From NCBI GenBank assembly GCA_963693365.1, contig CAVNZM010000003.1:2010768-2074767 (forward strand): a stretch of 64,000 nucleotides of DNA. The letters run 5' to 3'. Below are positions 12,761 through 26,048 of the stretch, piece by piece. This DNA comes from Amoebidium appalachense (taxonomy: Eukaryota > Protista > Ichthyosporea). How positions within the stretch are numbered: the first letter of the stretch is position 1; each line of letters opens with the position of its first letter. The translations under genes and the position numbers were made by a program. The notes below the pieces were generated by a model, which saw only the letters and a program-made list of their open reading frames with translations, ran no database searches and was not told the DNA's origin.

Positions 12761-13371
12761 ACGCCACACCCCTGGCATACAAACGCACCATCCACACCCT
12801 TACGCACACACTGAAATAGGACCCATGGGCCATATGCCTTGTAGTTACTTTGAATGCTCTCTCTGACATACTAAAAAAGTATCCGCATGCATGCATCTCT
12901 GACATAGTGCATGGACATCTTTACGACATCCATTCGAAGCTCTGGGGTGCACACAAGAAGTTGTGATTGTAGAAGGAGGTGATGCTGTATAAACATCGGT
13001 GAAAATGTATACCCGTTTAGCGAACGTAGGGATCTAGCACGTGCATGTGTGTTCTATTTCACGTGCGACTCTCCCATGGTGATCACACGTACAAATGCCA
13101 CCGTGCCACAATACCACATGGTCAGATAGACCGTCACGGCCTGTGACTCAGAAAGCACCCAATGGAATGTCCCCCTCAAACTTAGCTATTCGGTTACCGA
13201 TATCGACGACTCCCCAACGTACGTACGCCTGTGCTGATTTAATAAGATACTGGCAGCCGAATGCGGGGCTCCCGTCTGCTAAAAAGGGGCCAGAGGCCAT
13301 GCCCCTCTCGCAAAAAACGTTTTTATGCATGTGCTTGTGTTGAAGTGCGTGCTGTGTGTCACAGCGTGTGT

Positions 13372-13419
<48 letters not shown>

Positions 13420-13684
13420 ATGCGTGTCACAATAACGGTGCGTGCACGTGTAGTCTATTTAGATCTACGGTGTGTGTGGGTGGGCGGTGTGTATATGGGT
13501 GTATATCATGGTGTGTGTCTGGTGTGCACGTGTGTGTGCGCGCGCGTGTGATTTAATTGCGTGTGTGCGTGTGTGACACTGTGTGTGTGCACGTTTGTGT
13601 GCATCTTTGTGTGTGTGTGTGTGTGTGTGTGACTGTGTGTGTGTGTGCACGTGTGTGTGTGCACGAGAAAGAGAGATTGAGAGT

Positions 13685-13729
<45 letters not shown>

Positions 13730-13766
13730 TGTTTCTGCCGGTGCGTCCTTTTTTTTTTTTTTTTTT

Positions 13767-13798
<32 letters not shown>

Positions 13799-13880
13799 GG
13801 GGGGGGGAGGGGGGAAGGGTGTTGATAAACACTCTTCCCACGGCAACTTGGACAGAAAGAGTTTCTTTGTAGATGGGTGG

Positions 13881-14810
13881 TCATATGGTTTTAGACACAT
13901 GACCAAAACAAAAATTGCAGGGTGGGGGTTCCACCCTAGTGGTACCGTGTGGGCATGTTTCATCCACAACGCAGGCAGGCTCGGAGAAAAAGACATGGGT
14001 ATGGTTGACTCCCCTACCTTGGGGGGAAATCACCATACGCCCATTTCCAGAAGGACACTGCACCACCTGCAAGCAATTGAAAACTGTCAGCATGTGTGTT
14101 TGTTTTGCACATTCAGTGTGTGTGTGTGTGTTGAGTGTATGTGTGTGCAGCATGTGTATGTGTGTGTGTATGTGTGTGTGACTGTGCTTGTGCGTAGTGT
14201 GCGTGTGTGCACGTGTGTGGATTGTGTGCCTGTTATTGTGTGTGTATGTGGGTGGGTTTGTGTGCGTATGTAGACGTGTGCAGACGCTTTTGCCTATAAA
14301 AGAAGTGTGCGTTATGTGCGTGCCAGCAGACAAGTGTGTGAGCAAGCTTTGCTTGCACGTGTTTATGACTTGTCAACATTCAAGTGTGTGCGTATGTGTG
14401 CGCACGTGTGTGTTTGTGTGTGTGTGTTTGTGTTTGTGGGTGTGGGTGTGCGATGTATGTCTGTGTTTTTCTTTTTGGTTTGTGGTGTTTGTGGTATTCT
14501 GTTGGTGCTTATGCTTGCCCAGGTGTACGCGTGTCATGCACGTTTGTGTATGAGTGTGCATGTGTGTGTGTATGAGTGTGCATGCGTGTGTGTATGAGTG
14601 TGGCATGTGTGTGTGTCTGTGTGTGTCACGGTGTGTGTATGTGTGTGTGTGTGTATGAACGAGTGTGTGAACGTGTGCGGATCTGGTTGCCTGCACGTGT
14701 GTGTATGTGTGCATGGTGCGCATGTGCACGTGTAAATGTTTCCCCATGTGCGCGCGTTTCAGTCATGCACGTGTGTGTATGTGTGTGCAGGCGTGTGTGT
14801 CTCTTTGTGT

Positions 14811-14860
<50 letters not shown>

Positions 14861-14962
14861 ATGTGCACGTGTGAATGTTTGCCCATGTGCGCGCATTCCA
14901 GTCATGCACGTGTGTGTATGTGTGTCCAGGCGTGTGTGTCTCTTTGTGTGTGTATGTCACTG

Positions 14963-15001
<39 letters not shown>

Positions 15002-15215
15002 TGCATGTGCACGTGTGAATGTTTGCCCATGTGCGCGCATTTCAGTCATGCATGTGTGTGTATGTGTGTCCAGGCGTGTGTGTCTCTTTGTGTGTGTATG
15101 TCACTGTGTGTGTGTGTGTGTGTGCGCGCGCGCGCGTGTGCACGTGTGTGGATCTGGGTGCCTGCACGTGTGTGTGTGTGTGCATGTGTTCATGTGTTCA
15201 TGTGTGCAAGTGCGC

Positions 15216-15271
<56 letters not shown>

Positions 15272-16038
15272 ATCTTTGTGTGTGTGTGTGTGTATGTGTG
15301 TGACTGTGTGTGTGTGTGTGCACGTGTGTGTGTGCACGAGAAAGAGAGATTGAGAGTGGGTGTGTGGGTGTGTGGGTGTATGTGTTTGTGTTTCTGCCGG
15401 TGTGTCCTTTCTTTTGTGTGTGTTTTTTGTGTGTGTTTGTGTGTGTGTGTTTGTGTTTGTGGGTTTGGGTGTGCGATGTGTGTCTGTGTTTTTCTTTTTG
15501 GTTTGTGGTGTTTGTGGTATTCTGTTGGTGCTTATGCTTGCCCATGTGTACGCGTGTCATGCACGTTTGTGTATGAGTGTGCTTGCGTGTGTGTATGAGT
15601 GTGCATGTGTGTGTGTCTGTGTGTGTCACGGTTTGTGTATGAGTGTGTGTGTGTGTGCGAACGAGCGTGTGCACGTGTGCGGATCTGGTTGCCTGCACGT
15701 GTGTGTATGTGTGCATGGTGCGCATGTGCACGTGCAAATGTTTGCCCATGTGCGCGCGTTTCAGTCATGCACGTGTGTGTATGTGTGTGAAGGCGTGTGT
15801 TTCTCTTTGTGTGTGTATGCGTGCGTATGTGTGTGTGTAGTGCATGTGCACGTGTGAATGTTTGCCCATGTGCGCGCATTTCAGTCATGCACGTGTGTGT
15901 ATGTGTGTCCAGGCGTGTGTGTCTCTTTGTGTGTGTATGTCACTGTGTGTGTGTGCGTGTGCGCGCGTGTGCACGTGTGCGGATCTTGGTGCCTGCACGT
16001 GCGTGTGTGTGTGCATGTGTTCATGTGTGCAAGTGCGT

Positions 16039-16069
<31 letters not shown>

Positions 16070-16077
16070 GGTGTGTG

Positions 16078-16108
<31 letters not shown>

Positions 16109-16582
16109 AGTGCGTGTACGTGTGCAGGTATATGTGTAAGTGTGCTTGTGAGTGTGTTTGCGTGTGTCTGTACAAATCCGACGTTTCATGCAGGAAGGAA
16201 AACCCAAAACCGCAGAATTTCTAACGCTTCATGGGGACACAAGCAATTACACACCTGAAATCCAAAAGCAGCGGCGGCGTTGGGTGTCACATTGACACAT
16301 GTCAAGTTGCCAGCCTGATCGGACACATCTGAAGCAACCTGAGGTAATGAGAACAAAAATCACTCCCTGGTTCACATAAAAACGTGACACGAGCACACAC
16401 AGGCAGGTAGATAATAAAACGACGGCATACATTGGCTTCTGCTTATACAGACTAAGATGCTCATTGGACCAGGCATGTACCTGTGGTGCTGCCGAAGGTG
16501 CAGCCAGCAGCAGCACAAAGAGCACGAGCGAGAAGACCACGCCCAACGCCTTATGCGGCGTTCCTTTCAAAAAACCCCCCAT
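13881..16582 (-). CDS. Putative small secreted Cys-containing protein (about 123 aa), unknown function
   Basis: Minus-strand exons 16582-16481 ([34 protein letters not shown], signal-peptide-like, donor GTACAT), 16338-16255 ([28 protein letters not shown], donor GTGTGT) and 14066-13881 (CTGAC branch and TTGCAG acceptor; [27 protein letters not shown] stop). All junctions are phase 0. The 3' end is uncertain. Confidence 0.45.
14090..16170. repeat. Complex TG-rich satellite with higher-order repeat units
   Basis: Recurring blocks: gcggatctggttgcctgcacgtg (about 14677, 15148, 15679, 15979); aatgtttgcccatgtgcgcgcatttcagtcatgcacgtg (5 copies, 14735-15895); tttggtttgtggtgtttgtggtattctgttggtgcttatgcttgccc (14474, 15497). 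gcacgagaaagagagattgagagtggg occurs at 13661 and about 15334. Confidence 0.85.
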
Positions 16583-17099
16583 TGCTTCTATTAGTATCCG
16601 CAGTAAGTCGGTCGACCACTATGCAAAAACAAAACGTTTTCTTCTTTTGCGCTCCGACGTCTGATCAGGCTCCAAACATCATGATCACGGAAACGGTATT
16701 TTTACCGCGCTTATGCTGTTCTTTGCCAGGTATCAGCGCTAAACCGGAAATTTCGATTCGTAAATCAAAGTACACTCAAATACATTTGAAAGCCCCAACA
16801 AAATATTGTTCGACACCACATTTACCTAAATTACAGATTTAATATAAGCTAAATGATTCCCGATTTCGCTGACAGGGTAACAATTACTATCTAGTTGCCG
16901 CGCGCCTGGAAGCGAATCCAATGCGTTATCTCTCATTCCATTGACCCAGGAGCCAATCCAATCGAGTTTTTGAAAGTGATTTTTGTCCACCTTCCCCCGC
17001 CCAAAAAACGTTACCGGTGACCACCCTGCCCCTTCCAACCCTGTGCGAAATGGGCACTGTATGCAGAATAGAAAGCGCCTCTGGCCCCAAAAATTTCTG

Positions 17100-17303
17100 C
17101 CGGCCGTGTACCGGGCCTCCTTTTTGCGGACGATATTGTTCTTTGTTCCTCAACCGAAGACGTCATGCACCAGATGCTTCGTCAGGTGGATCAATGGTGC
17201 ACCGAGAATCTCATGACAGTCGGAAATTCGGAATTGCAAAGTGTGCTACTTTTTCGAAAAACGCTTCCTTTCGATTGGCCGGTCTTCCTATTCCTGTTCA
17301 GAA

Positions 17304-17381
<78 letters not shown>

Positions 17382-18520
17382 ATGACTATTTGGGTATTCC
17401 TTTTACTGCACGGATTTCCGCAAGCTCCTCACGGCACGGATCGCTCGTGGAAGGGTAAGCTTCACATCGTGTCAAATATGTTTCAACGGGAGTCTGCAGC
17501 TGTGATCCATCCTGCGAACCTTTTTCTCTACTATAAAACTTTTTCACGGCCGATTTTCGAATATGGACTTCCGCTATTAATCATATTGGCCTGCGCCCCA
17601 CCCCGCGAGGCGGCCGTGGCGCTGAAAGAGTTCGATGATTTTCAGGGTACTGCACAGCTGCGCACTTTGCTTCGCACTCGGTTTGTGCCTCCCTTAATCA
17701 GTATGTTTGGATTGTCGTCTGCTGTTTGTACATGTCGTATGGAGGAATTGTCTCTTCGTTTTTGTTTTCATTTCGTTAGGATGCCTGATGGTCACCCTCT
17801 TTATGCTTTCTTTCCCCCCCCTCCCTCCATCCCTCTTCCCCCCCGATTCACCAACGCTACTTCTGAATGTCCTCAGCCTACCCTCTTTCAACCTAATTCT
17901 TCCTCTCGCTATCTCACTCCCTCTTTCTTTTCTCTTCCTGTTTTTCTGCCTTTTCGAGTTATTACCATACGCAGTATAAGTTTCTTTCACGTTCTGATAG
18001 AGAAATCAAAGGTAAAACTCAGACGTCGCGGTCGGCATGTGTAATGTTCCTTAGGCAACACCATACTGATCATTATCGCTTTTTGGGAGCTTTTGGCAGG
18101 ATACATTTCTCCTGCTGTACGTATGGATACCACCCTAGTAGATAAGTCTGTATGGTGCTCTGATGTTGATATTACCTGGGAAGTTGTGCAGTGGCGTTTT
18201 AATTCTTGTCTCCATCGCCGCTGGTGCCAACTTTTGTGCTGAACTTTTTAATCGAAAGCATGTTGATAGGTGTGAGTTTTTATGTCGCGTTTTACCTCTT
18301 TCCCTCCGGGTGTCTGCTACACTGGCTGGCAATGTGAACACTTTAGACTTTTTGTTGAATTCTGTTAGTCGTCACATTGAGTATTTATATGATTTTCACA
18401 CAGTGTTCAGGTATCTCAGTATGCACTTGCTCCTGGATAACTCGTGAAGTCTTTTCAGTATGCCATGCATACTTGCAGATCTTTCCGTCGAATGAAACCA
18501 GTCAAAAAAAAAAAAAAAAC
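17100..18520 (+). mobile_element. Degenerate, 5'-truncated non-LTR retrotransposon (LINE): RT C-terminal half
   Basis: VPGLLFADDIVLC (RT catalytic FADD at 17123-17134), then QMLRQVDQWCTENLMTV, GIAKCA..FRLAGLPIPVQNEY..YDYLGIPF (thumb motif) and LYYKTFSRPIFEYGL. A Cys/His remnant (CAELFNRKHVDRC) lies near 18235-18273 and an A-run at 18504-18519. Multiple frameshifts and stops. Confidence 0.85.
17308..17378. repeat. (TA)n microsatellite inside the LINE RT ORF
   Basis: About 35 TA units split the codons QNEY and YDYLG. Confidence 0.95.
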
Positions 18521-19447
18521 ATTTGTAAAGTTCAAGAGCTATCAGCGCTACTATCAGGGCGGCTTTTCAGCGCATTTTTAAAGCTTATTCTGCTAGAATA
18601 CAACAGGAAATTTTTTTTGGCCTTTGTGCACGTATAGTAGAATATTTACATTCATAATATTGTATACAGGATAACAAGGTACAATACCAGTGACGACGAC
18701 TGTATTCGTGAAATTTAGACTGGGCGAAATTCAAAAATCCCAGGCTTCTGAGGAGTCCAGGTTCACATTCCTGAATGCCATGAATCAAAATAAACTCCTC
18801 TGATTGGCCGTCCCTGAGTCTCAGGCTTGGAGTATTTTATCCCCACATAGCGTCGCTGACTGTTGTTTTTCCGTTTGTTTTTTATGTTTTCTTCTCATAG
18901 ATTTTGACAGTTTTGAACAGTTTTGAATGGACGAGCTTCCAAGGAGACGTCAGAGACGTCACCGTTTGATAAGAAAGGACGTTTTGGCTATTGCAAAAAT
19001 GCGATTTAAATACGCTTTAGCTTTTTTTTGTTTTGTTTTTAAAGATTTTTATTAAGTTCGCTTCATGACTCAATGTAACGTTTCGGTACTTGAATCAATT
19101 GTTTCAAGGAGATATTTCTAAATTACATAGAGGGTGGTTGGAATTACCCCAGAAGATTCATGTTGAGGCACCGCCAGCATTATAACGCACCCACAGGCCG
19201 CTTTCCCGAAACTGTGAAAAACGATAGCGAATATGCCTACTACTGCAGTCTGCTTCACCTACCAGAAAGAAACGTATGAATTCTTCTCTTGTTTGTCTTC
19301 CTTTTTCTTCGTCTGAGAAAACCGTATACCAGGCCGATATCACTCTAAACAAGTCAACAATTCGTCAACCACATACAAAGCAAGGGAAGAATACAAGCAA
19401 ACACCCTAACCTTTTCCGTTTTACAATTGCAATCACAAAACATCACC

Positions 19448-19849
19448 ATGACGGACGTGTGCAGCGCCACCCCGGCCACCGAAGCCCTCGGGTTTAAAAA
19501 GAATAAGGATGTCGATCTTCATGACGAAAAAGAAGTTACTCTCCCACGGGGGTCCCACGACCACCACGAGAAGAAAAAGGGGGGTCTAAGCGCGGTTTTC
19601 GGCTCTCTTTTCAAGGGGGGAAAGAAGGATGCGGACGGAAAATGCGAGAAGAAGAAGGAGAAACGTGCTGATGATTTTGACAACTGGGGGGACCTATATG
19701 ATAAGGTGAACGAGTGGAAGGAGGAAGATGAGAAGAAGCGCTTGGAAGTCAGGGAGCCGAAAACACGTTCACAGTCCGTCACCCCAGCCACCGCTTTCGA
19801 CCCTGCACTGAGGCAATCTCTGAGAAAGACGAATACTGCTTTCAACTAA
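19448..19849 (+). CDS. Small hydrophilic protein (133 aa) with one DDFDNWGDLYDKVNEWKEED motif and a C-terminal WH2/thymosin-like segment
   Basis: Non-repetitive ORF starting at ATG in caccATG context. It shares several sequence blocks with the ORF at 22266-23003 and ends in AFDPALRQSLRKTNT. Confidence 0.8.
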   Translation: MTDVCSATPATEALGFKKNKDVDLHDEKEVTLPRGSHDHHEKKKGGLSAVFGSLFKGGKKDADGKCEKKKEKRADDFDNWGDLYDKVNEWKEEDEKKRLEVREPKTRSQSVTPATAFDPALRQSLRKTNTAFN

Positions 19850-19957
19850 GGGTGTTATTTTTTTTCTCTCTTTTTCTTTATTTTTACTTTTCTATTTTTT
19901 ATTTTTCTGTGTATGTAGATAGGGGGGGGGGGGGGGAAGAATCCCAAGTTTCCCCGT

Positions 19958-19988
<31 letters not shown>

Positions 19989-20286
19989 ATCTTTTGTATC
20001 AGTCTTAGGCTTTTTCGTTAAAAGAGGGGGATAAGAGGGTAAACACATGCGTTCTCAAGCAATGGAAGACGTGACTTACCTTTTGTTCTACACGTGTCCC
20101 AACGAAGCACCATGCTCTCTCGCATTGATTTCACAACTTGCAACACAAACAGTTGCTCCAAATTTCTCCAACAAAGTTAACAACCAGAGAGCTTGAAGAT
20201 TCGTTTCTGTATAGTAGCAAAACGTCGGGTGTGTGTTGATTCACTGCACTGCATAATACAACAACGCAGTTCTCTTCCTTTCCTTC

Positions 20287-20317
<31 letters not shown>

Positions 20318-20395
20318 TTTTTTTTTTTTTGGTGGATATCCTTGTAGTAAAGGAATTTTCGGGGCCTTTTCAATTTCATGTAGTACACGGCTTCA

Positions 20396-20443
<48 letters not shown>

Positions 20444-20457
20444 CCCCCCCCCCCCCC

Positions 20458-20490
<33 letters not shown>

Positions 20491-20507
20491 CCCCTCTCCC
20501 CCCGAGG

Positions 20508-20617
<110 letters not shown>

Positions 20618-20872
20618 TTTCTCCTTAGGTACATAGTGTATTCTACAGTTTTCAACTGAATACAGAGCTTGGGGCTATTTTTATTTTGACTGTTAGTGTG
20701 TGTGCTCGAGTAAAATATTCGAACAGCTGAGCTGAACCGAGACTTGAATGCTTTCGATCGCGAGTGCATTATAGTGATATCCCCTTATATCTCAGATGGT
20801 GTCTCTCTTGGACGGTGTCTCTCTTGGCAATGTGCCATCTTGACGGGAGAGAAACCTACCCCCCCCCATTCG

Positions 20873-20917
<45 letters not shown>

Positions 20918-21067
20918 ACAAAAAAAAAAAAAGAAAACATCCCCTGCTGATGATATATGTGTACATGCTTGACTCGGCGTTTCCCACGTATTCTGTATCC
21001 CCGTCCCCTCCCACCACCACGTCCCACTTTCTCAACTCCCTCCTTCCAAGCCCCTCCGGATCCGAGA

Positions 21068-21107
<40 letters not shown>

Positions 21108-22265
21108 ATATTCCCACCGCCACCATCACCAGTAAATACCACACCCCCACAGTACTAGTGCACAAAGGGTGGGCACGCAACACAGACTTATTTCTCATAT
21201 ATGGCAGTCTGGGCACACCTGACATGTTTCGTATACAAAGGCGTACCGTGACACTCAGTGTGAAACTCTAGTACACATAGTCGGTGGTAGCTACATGTAC
21301 AATGCAGGTGCCGGTGGAATCAATGAACTTTTTCACGATGTTCGATTACTCAAACCAAATCAACATGTTGATCGATACCGATTGCATTTGACTTGAGCAC
21401 AATACTAGAGACGGTCACAGCTGCAGCACGTCATGAGCAGAAAGGCAGTCGTAAAACATGTGAACCCCCCCCCCCCACACCCGTCCCCCTCCCACCCTCC
21501 CGGCGCGCACGCGATAATGAGTTAAAGAGTACCAAGTGCGCGTTCACCGCGGACAACACAGTGTAGAAGTTACAGGGGACACACAAAGAGCATACGTTTT
21601 GAGCCGAGCTCATCCGCAGGGGAGGAGGCCTCGGGAGAGGGGGGTGCTTCGGAATTCGCTTTTACATACCAACAATACCAATACAGGTATGATCTAGCTT
21701 TTACAACTGAACATAGATTGATTAAGCGTGCTTCAAAAACTGAACAACTCAGTACTATACTTTAAGTCAGTGTGGAAGTGCAAAGTTTACATTTTGAAGG
21801 AAAGAAAAAGCTCTGGCGACACACTTGCATCAAGTTGCCAATTTGGAGATAGAGAGGTATTGCATGCATCAAGGCGATGAAAGAGATACTTTTCTAAATG
21901 TATTGTTTACTTAATCACATGATCATCTATGGCCCGTAACTCTGCCCGTACGTGTGTGTCTGTTGTGTGCTTGTGTGTGTGTGTGTGTGCGTGTGTGTAA
22001 GCTGCTAAATTTAAAAGAACGTGCACTCCGGCACTAATTGATTAGTCTGTGTGCAAGCATCTCCGTCTTGGCATCAGCTGTGTTTTTACAAAGAAGGGGG
22101 GGGGGGAAGAGCTTGAAAGCAGGACAAACACAGTGGAGGGCTGCTCGTTTCCTTTCAGCCAAACAACCAGCAAGAAAAACTTGATACATATCACAAAAAG
22201 GCGACTCATCAAAACCCCCCCAAAGAACATCGTGAAACAATCCCATGTTCTCATAACATCATTCC

Positions 22266-23003
22266 TCACGAACGCATTTTCCTTGCAGCAATAGCAGCAT
22301 TCCTCTTCCCAACGTCCTCCTCCTTCCACTGCTCGACCTTATCCAACAGGTTACCCCAGTCATCAAACGAGTCATCCCTAACATTCTCCCCCGTGATCTT
22401 CCTTTTCACCTCCTTTTCCACCGATTTCTCCGGAACTACCCCCCCACCAAAGAGCGAAGGGAAAGCGCTCGCACGCCTGGGCTTAGGCTCTTGAACCTCT
22501 TTCACCTCGGGGACCCCACTAGCTCTACTTGCCTTTGCCTCTTCATGGCTCTTCGTCCCCTGTTTCTTCAGTTTTCCTTCAGGGGCCGGGCCCTCGTCCC
22601 CTTCCTTCCATTCCTGAACCTTGTCATAAAGCTCCCCCCAATCGTCAAAGTCATCACCGTCTTTCACCCTGGAACCCTTTCGTGAACTGGGCTTCGAACT
22701 GCTTTTCTCCGCCCCATCTTTTTCATCGGGGTGACCTTCCTCCTCTCCAATCTTCCCGTGTGCGCTCTGCGTCGCCGAATCCTTACGCTTCTTCTTCAAC
22801 CCAAACACATCCTTCATGCTGTCCACAATCTCATTAAAGTTTAACGCTGAGGTGCGGCGGGACCCTGGCTTTGTGTCAGGAAGGAAATTCTCCCCTGTCT
22901 CCGGGTTGGAATGCTCAGGAGGGTCTGCGGCATCTCCGGTGTTCAGGCTTTTCTGTTTCTGATAGGTGACAGGGTCGGAGGGGTGGGTGGCTGTACTTGC
23001 CAT
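22266..23003 (-). CDS. Hydrophilic, probably disordered protein (245 aa) with two D-x-F-D-D-W-G-x-L-x-D-K-V-x-x-W-K-E motifs; paralogue of 19448-19849
   Basis: Clean 245-codon ORF containing DDFDDWGELYDKVQEWKEGD and DSFDDWGNLLDKVEQWKEED, plus RRTS/RKDS/RKGS/RRAS sites. Confidence 0.85.
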   Translation of the reverse strand: MASTATHPSDPVTYQKQKSLNTGDAADPPEHSNPETGENFLPDTKPGSRRTSALNFNEIVDSMKDVFGLKKKRKDSATQSAHGKIGEEEGHPDEKDGAEKSSSKPSSRKGSRVKDGDDFDDWGELYDKVQEWKEGDEGPAPEGKLKKQGTKSHEEAKASRASGVPEVKEVQEPKPRRASAFPSLFGGGVVPEKSVEKEVKRKITGENVRDDSFDDWGNLLDKVEQWKEEDVGKRNAAIAARKMRS

Positions 23004-23857
23004 CTTACCTAATCAACAAAGGAAAAGAGCTGTTGTAAATGGTGTGAGTTTGTGTTCCGTCTGTGCGTGTGCGTCTGTCTGTCTATCTGTGTGCGTGTTC
23101 GGAGGCTGTCGGCTGTGGTAACATGGGGGGGTGGTGAGAAGATGAGCTTTTAGAACAACTGGATGTATGTACAAATCTCAGAGCAAGGCTGTAAATGTAT
23201 GAAACTTGGTACGATTTAGATAGCTGTATAAATTGCGTGAAAACGAAACCGTGAAACCTGGTTTCAGCTTCTACTTGTAAGAGTTAAAGTTGTCTTTGAC
23301 TCTTCACTTATAAAACGATTTTTTTCTCCCGAGCAGTGCGTGCGTGTGTCTGAGTGTGCCTGTGTGTGTGCCGTGTACACCGTAACGTCACGTCCACTGC
23401 AGGAATGTTAACCGTAGGCTTTGATTGGCCGTCTTTATGGACACAAATGCCTTGAGGGCTAGTTGTACAGAACAGGCAATGATAAACAAATTATTAAATC
23501 ATGTTAAAACATACTATTTAATTACATGTTATTTAAAGCCTGTTAAGCGAATCACGATTGAGTGTTATATTTTCCGAGATAAATTGAGCTGCCGTGTTTA
23601 GAGCAACCAGTTACCTCGGGAGCGCATTCCGGCTGGCAGGCCCTTCCGACATTCCGTGAGGCATCTGTCAGGCTGTCACTGAGGCTGTCAAGGCTGTCAC
23701 CTGTGTGTGTGTGTGCGTGCGCGCTGGCGTCACGGCGTGTGTTTGTGTAAATTGTGTTGTCTGTGTGGTCTGTGTGTGTGTGCATGTGTGTTTGCGTGCG
23801 TGCGTACGTGTTTGAGTGGGTGCTTGTGTGTGTGTGTGTGTGTGTCACGGTGCCCTG

Positions 23858-23895
<38 letters not shown>

Positions 23896-24045
23896 TGTGC
23901 GTGTGTGTGTGCGTGCGTGTGTGTGTGTGCCGCAGGGCCTGTGTGTGTGTGTGTATCAATTATGTGTGTGTGTGCCCACGTGCCCTGACTCGGGCTTAGC
24001 ACAATCACCCCCCCCCTCTCCCCCTTAAAATAAATGATTTTTTTT

Positions 24046-24085
<40 letters not shown>

Positions 24086-24129
24086 CCCGTTTCACTCCCG
24101 GCGAGGCACTCTTAAATAAATGACGAAAA

Positions 24130-24656
24130 TCATATTATGATAAGTGCAGCAAAAAGCACCATAACCGAAATAAAACACCATGCCAGCGCCACCGATGTGG
24201 CAAGAGAAAGCCATCTGAAATACATAGTCCGCCATTTGGAAGACTTTTCTGCAGTGCAATAACGTGCTTCACTTGTAAACCTGTGATTTTTCTCACGGCA
24301 CCTTGCTTCCTTTAAACGTGCTGCAACCCGTCTCCCCCCCCCCCCCCCCCCCCTCCTCCCCCCTCCCGTTTTGGTCCACCCACCTGTGTGTTTCAAGTAG
24401 CGTTAAACATTGTACGGGCATTATTATTCTGAATTCACGCGTTGTTAGATCGTCAAGCAGAGTTCTTATTACTCGTTTTGTCTTCTTACACTGTACTAAG
24501 TGATATGCTCAAATATAGATACATTTTCCCAACCACCACGCACACACAAACACGCGCATTCGAAACACAAGGGCCATGCTGGCTTCAAATTCGAAGTTTC
24601 GCCTCTGGTGGAATTCACGGGCAATGGCAGGCTGCCCCCCCTCTCCTCTCCCCCCT

Positions 24657-24727
<71 letters not shown>

Positions 24728-25063
24728 TCCCCTCCCTTCCCCCTCCTTCCCACCCCGTCCCCAACATCAGGATTGAACCTCCCAGGATATATATTACTAT
24801 TTTTTTGTGTACGCGTGTGCCGAATCAACATATTCCGGTGTGAAGTAAAAAGTCATACCGTGCATCCCATCCTAAGAAAGGCACCCTTGCTTGTCTAGAA
24901 TTTAATAAGCCGCCCTGTTTCTTACCGTCCTCCCTCCCTCGAAATATCCCCCCACATTTTTCTGTCATGCTCCTGCATGTCGTCCGGTTTACAGATTTAT
25001 ATCCGTTGCACACTATGAATCTTTTAATCTTTTATTTAACTGCGGAGGAGCGCATTCATACTC

Positions 25064-25096
<33 letters not shown>

Positions 25097-26048
25097 GTCC
25101 ACAAACACACACACTGCACACACCCCTCCCCCCCTCCCCCCCTCCCCCCCCCCCCCCCCCCCCCCTCCCCCCGTGACCCCCAACCCCGGCACGTGTACAG
25201 ACATGTGCACCAACATGGAGAGGACGTCCAAAGTTCACCCCTGGCCCCTCCCTCAACAACTGTTTCCCTTCACAAGTGTAGTAGGACTTCTCCACGAACT
25301 GATCAATAAAAACGGTTGATTGCGCATGGGTAGTACATTATGCAAAGAAAGTGGAGGGGTGATGGGCTGCAGTGGTGGGCATGTGTGTCACGGAAAGGGG
25401 GGGGTTAATATGGGGGTAAGGGGGGGGGGGGGGGGGGGGGTTTGGGGATGGGGAAGGAGGGGGGAGGCCTCGGAGGAAGGGGGGCTTTCACACCCAGTCA
25501 CCCACACACATGCACGACACTTCAGCCATCGAAAACCAATTTTTGGAGCCCCTGCATCTTGCATAAACCACGTAAGGCTGTGTGCTCGAACACTGAGGGT
25601 ACTTTGGAGAGAAGAGGGTGGGTGGGTGGGTGGGTGCATGGAGTGGGGGGGGGGAGGGGGGGGGGGGGGGGGGGGAGGGCAGCACTTGTGGCTGTAGGAA
25701 GCCCCCCCTCCCCCTCCCCCCCCTTCCCCCCCTTCCCCTCCCTCTCGGCGATCGAAACTGTGTTTTGGTAATGGCTTTTCATAGGAAACCTTATCATATA
25801 GGAAGCCCTTATTAGTGATACAAGGTTCTGTTCCTATTCCATTAGCATCAGCTCCCTGCATGTTTTGATTCGAAAAATATAAAGAAAAAAAAAAGTACTA
25901 CTAATGATTTATTTTGCCTTTGCGGTTTTTCTATGTTCATAACGGTTTACTAGATTCATAACCGATAATAAAATCGATGAAAGAAACCCAGTGCCCCTCG
26001 TGTGCGTGCATGGCTTATAACGTGGTGCATTTTCCAGTATGGTTAAGC
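24130..26048 (-). CDS. Tentative multi-exon gene of unknown function with a hydrophobic C-terminus (5' end not found)
   Basis: Phase-compatible AG..GT islands between C/G tracts: CLTILENAPRYKPC.. (about 26048-25950), GADANGIGTEPCITNKGFLYDK (25855-25790), FVEKSYYTCEGKQLL.. (from 25298), CNGYKSVNRTTCRS.. (from about 25012), QCKKTKRVIRTLLDD..CLTLLETH (about 24496-24384), FTSEARYC..WLSLATSVALAWCFISVMVLFAALIII stop (24280-24130). Some donors are weak and no family is recognised. Confidence 0.3.
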
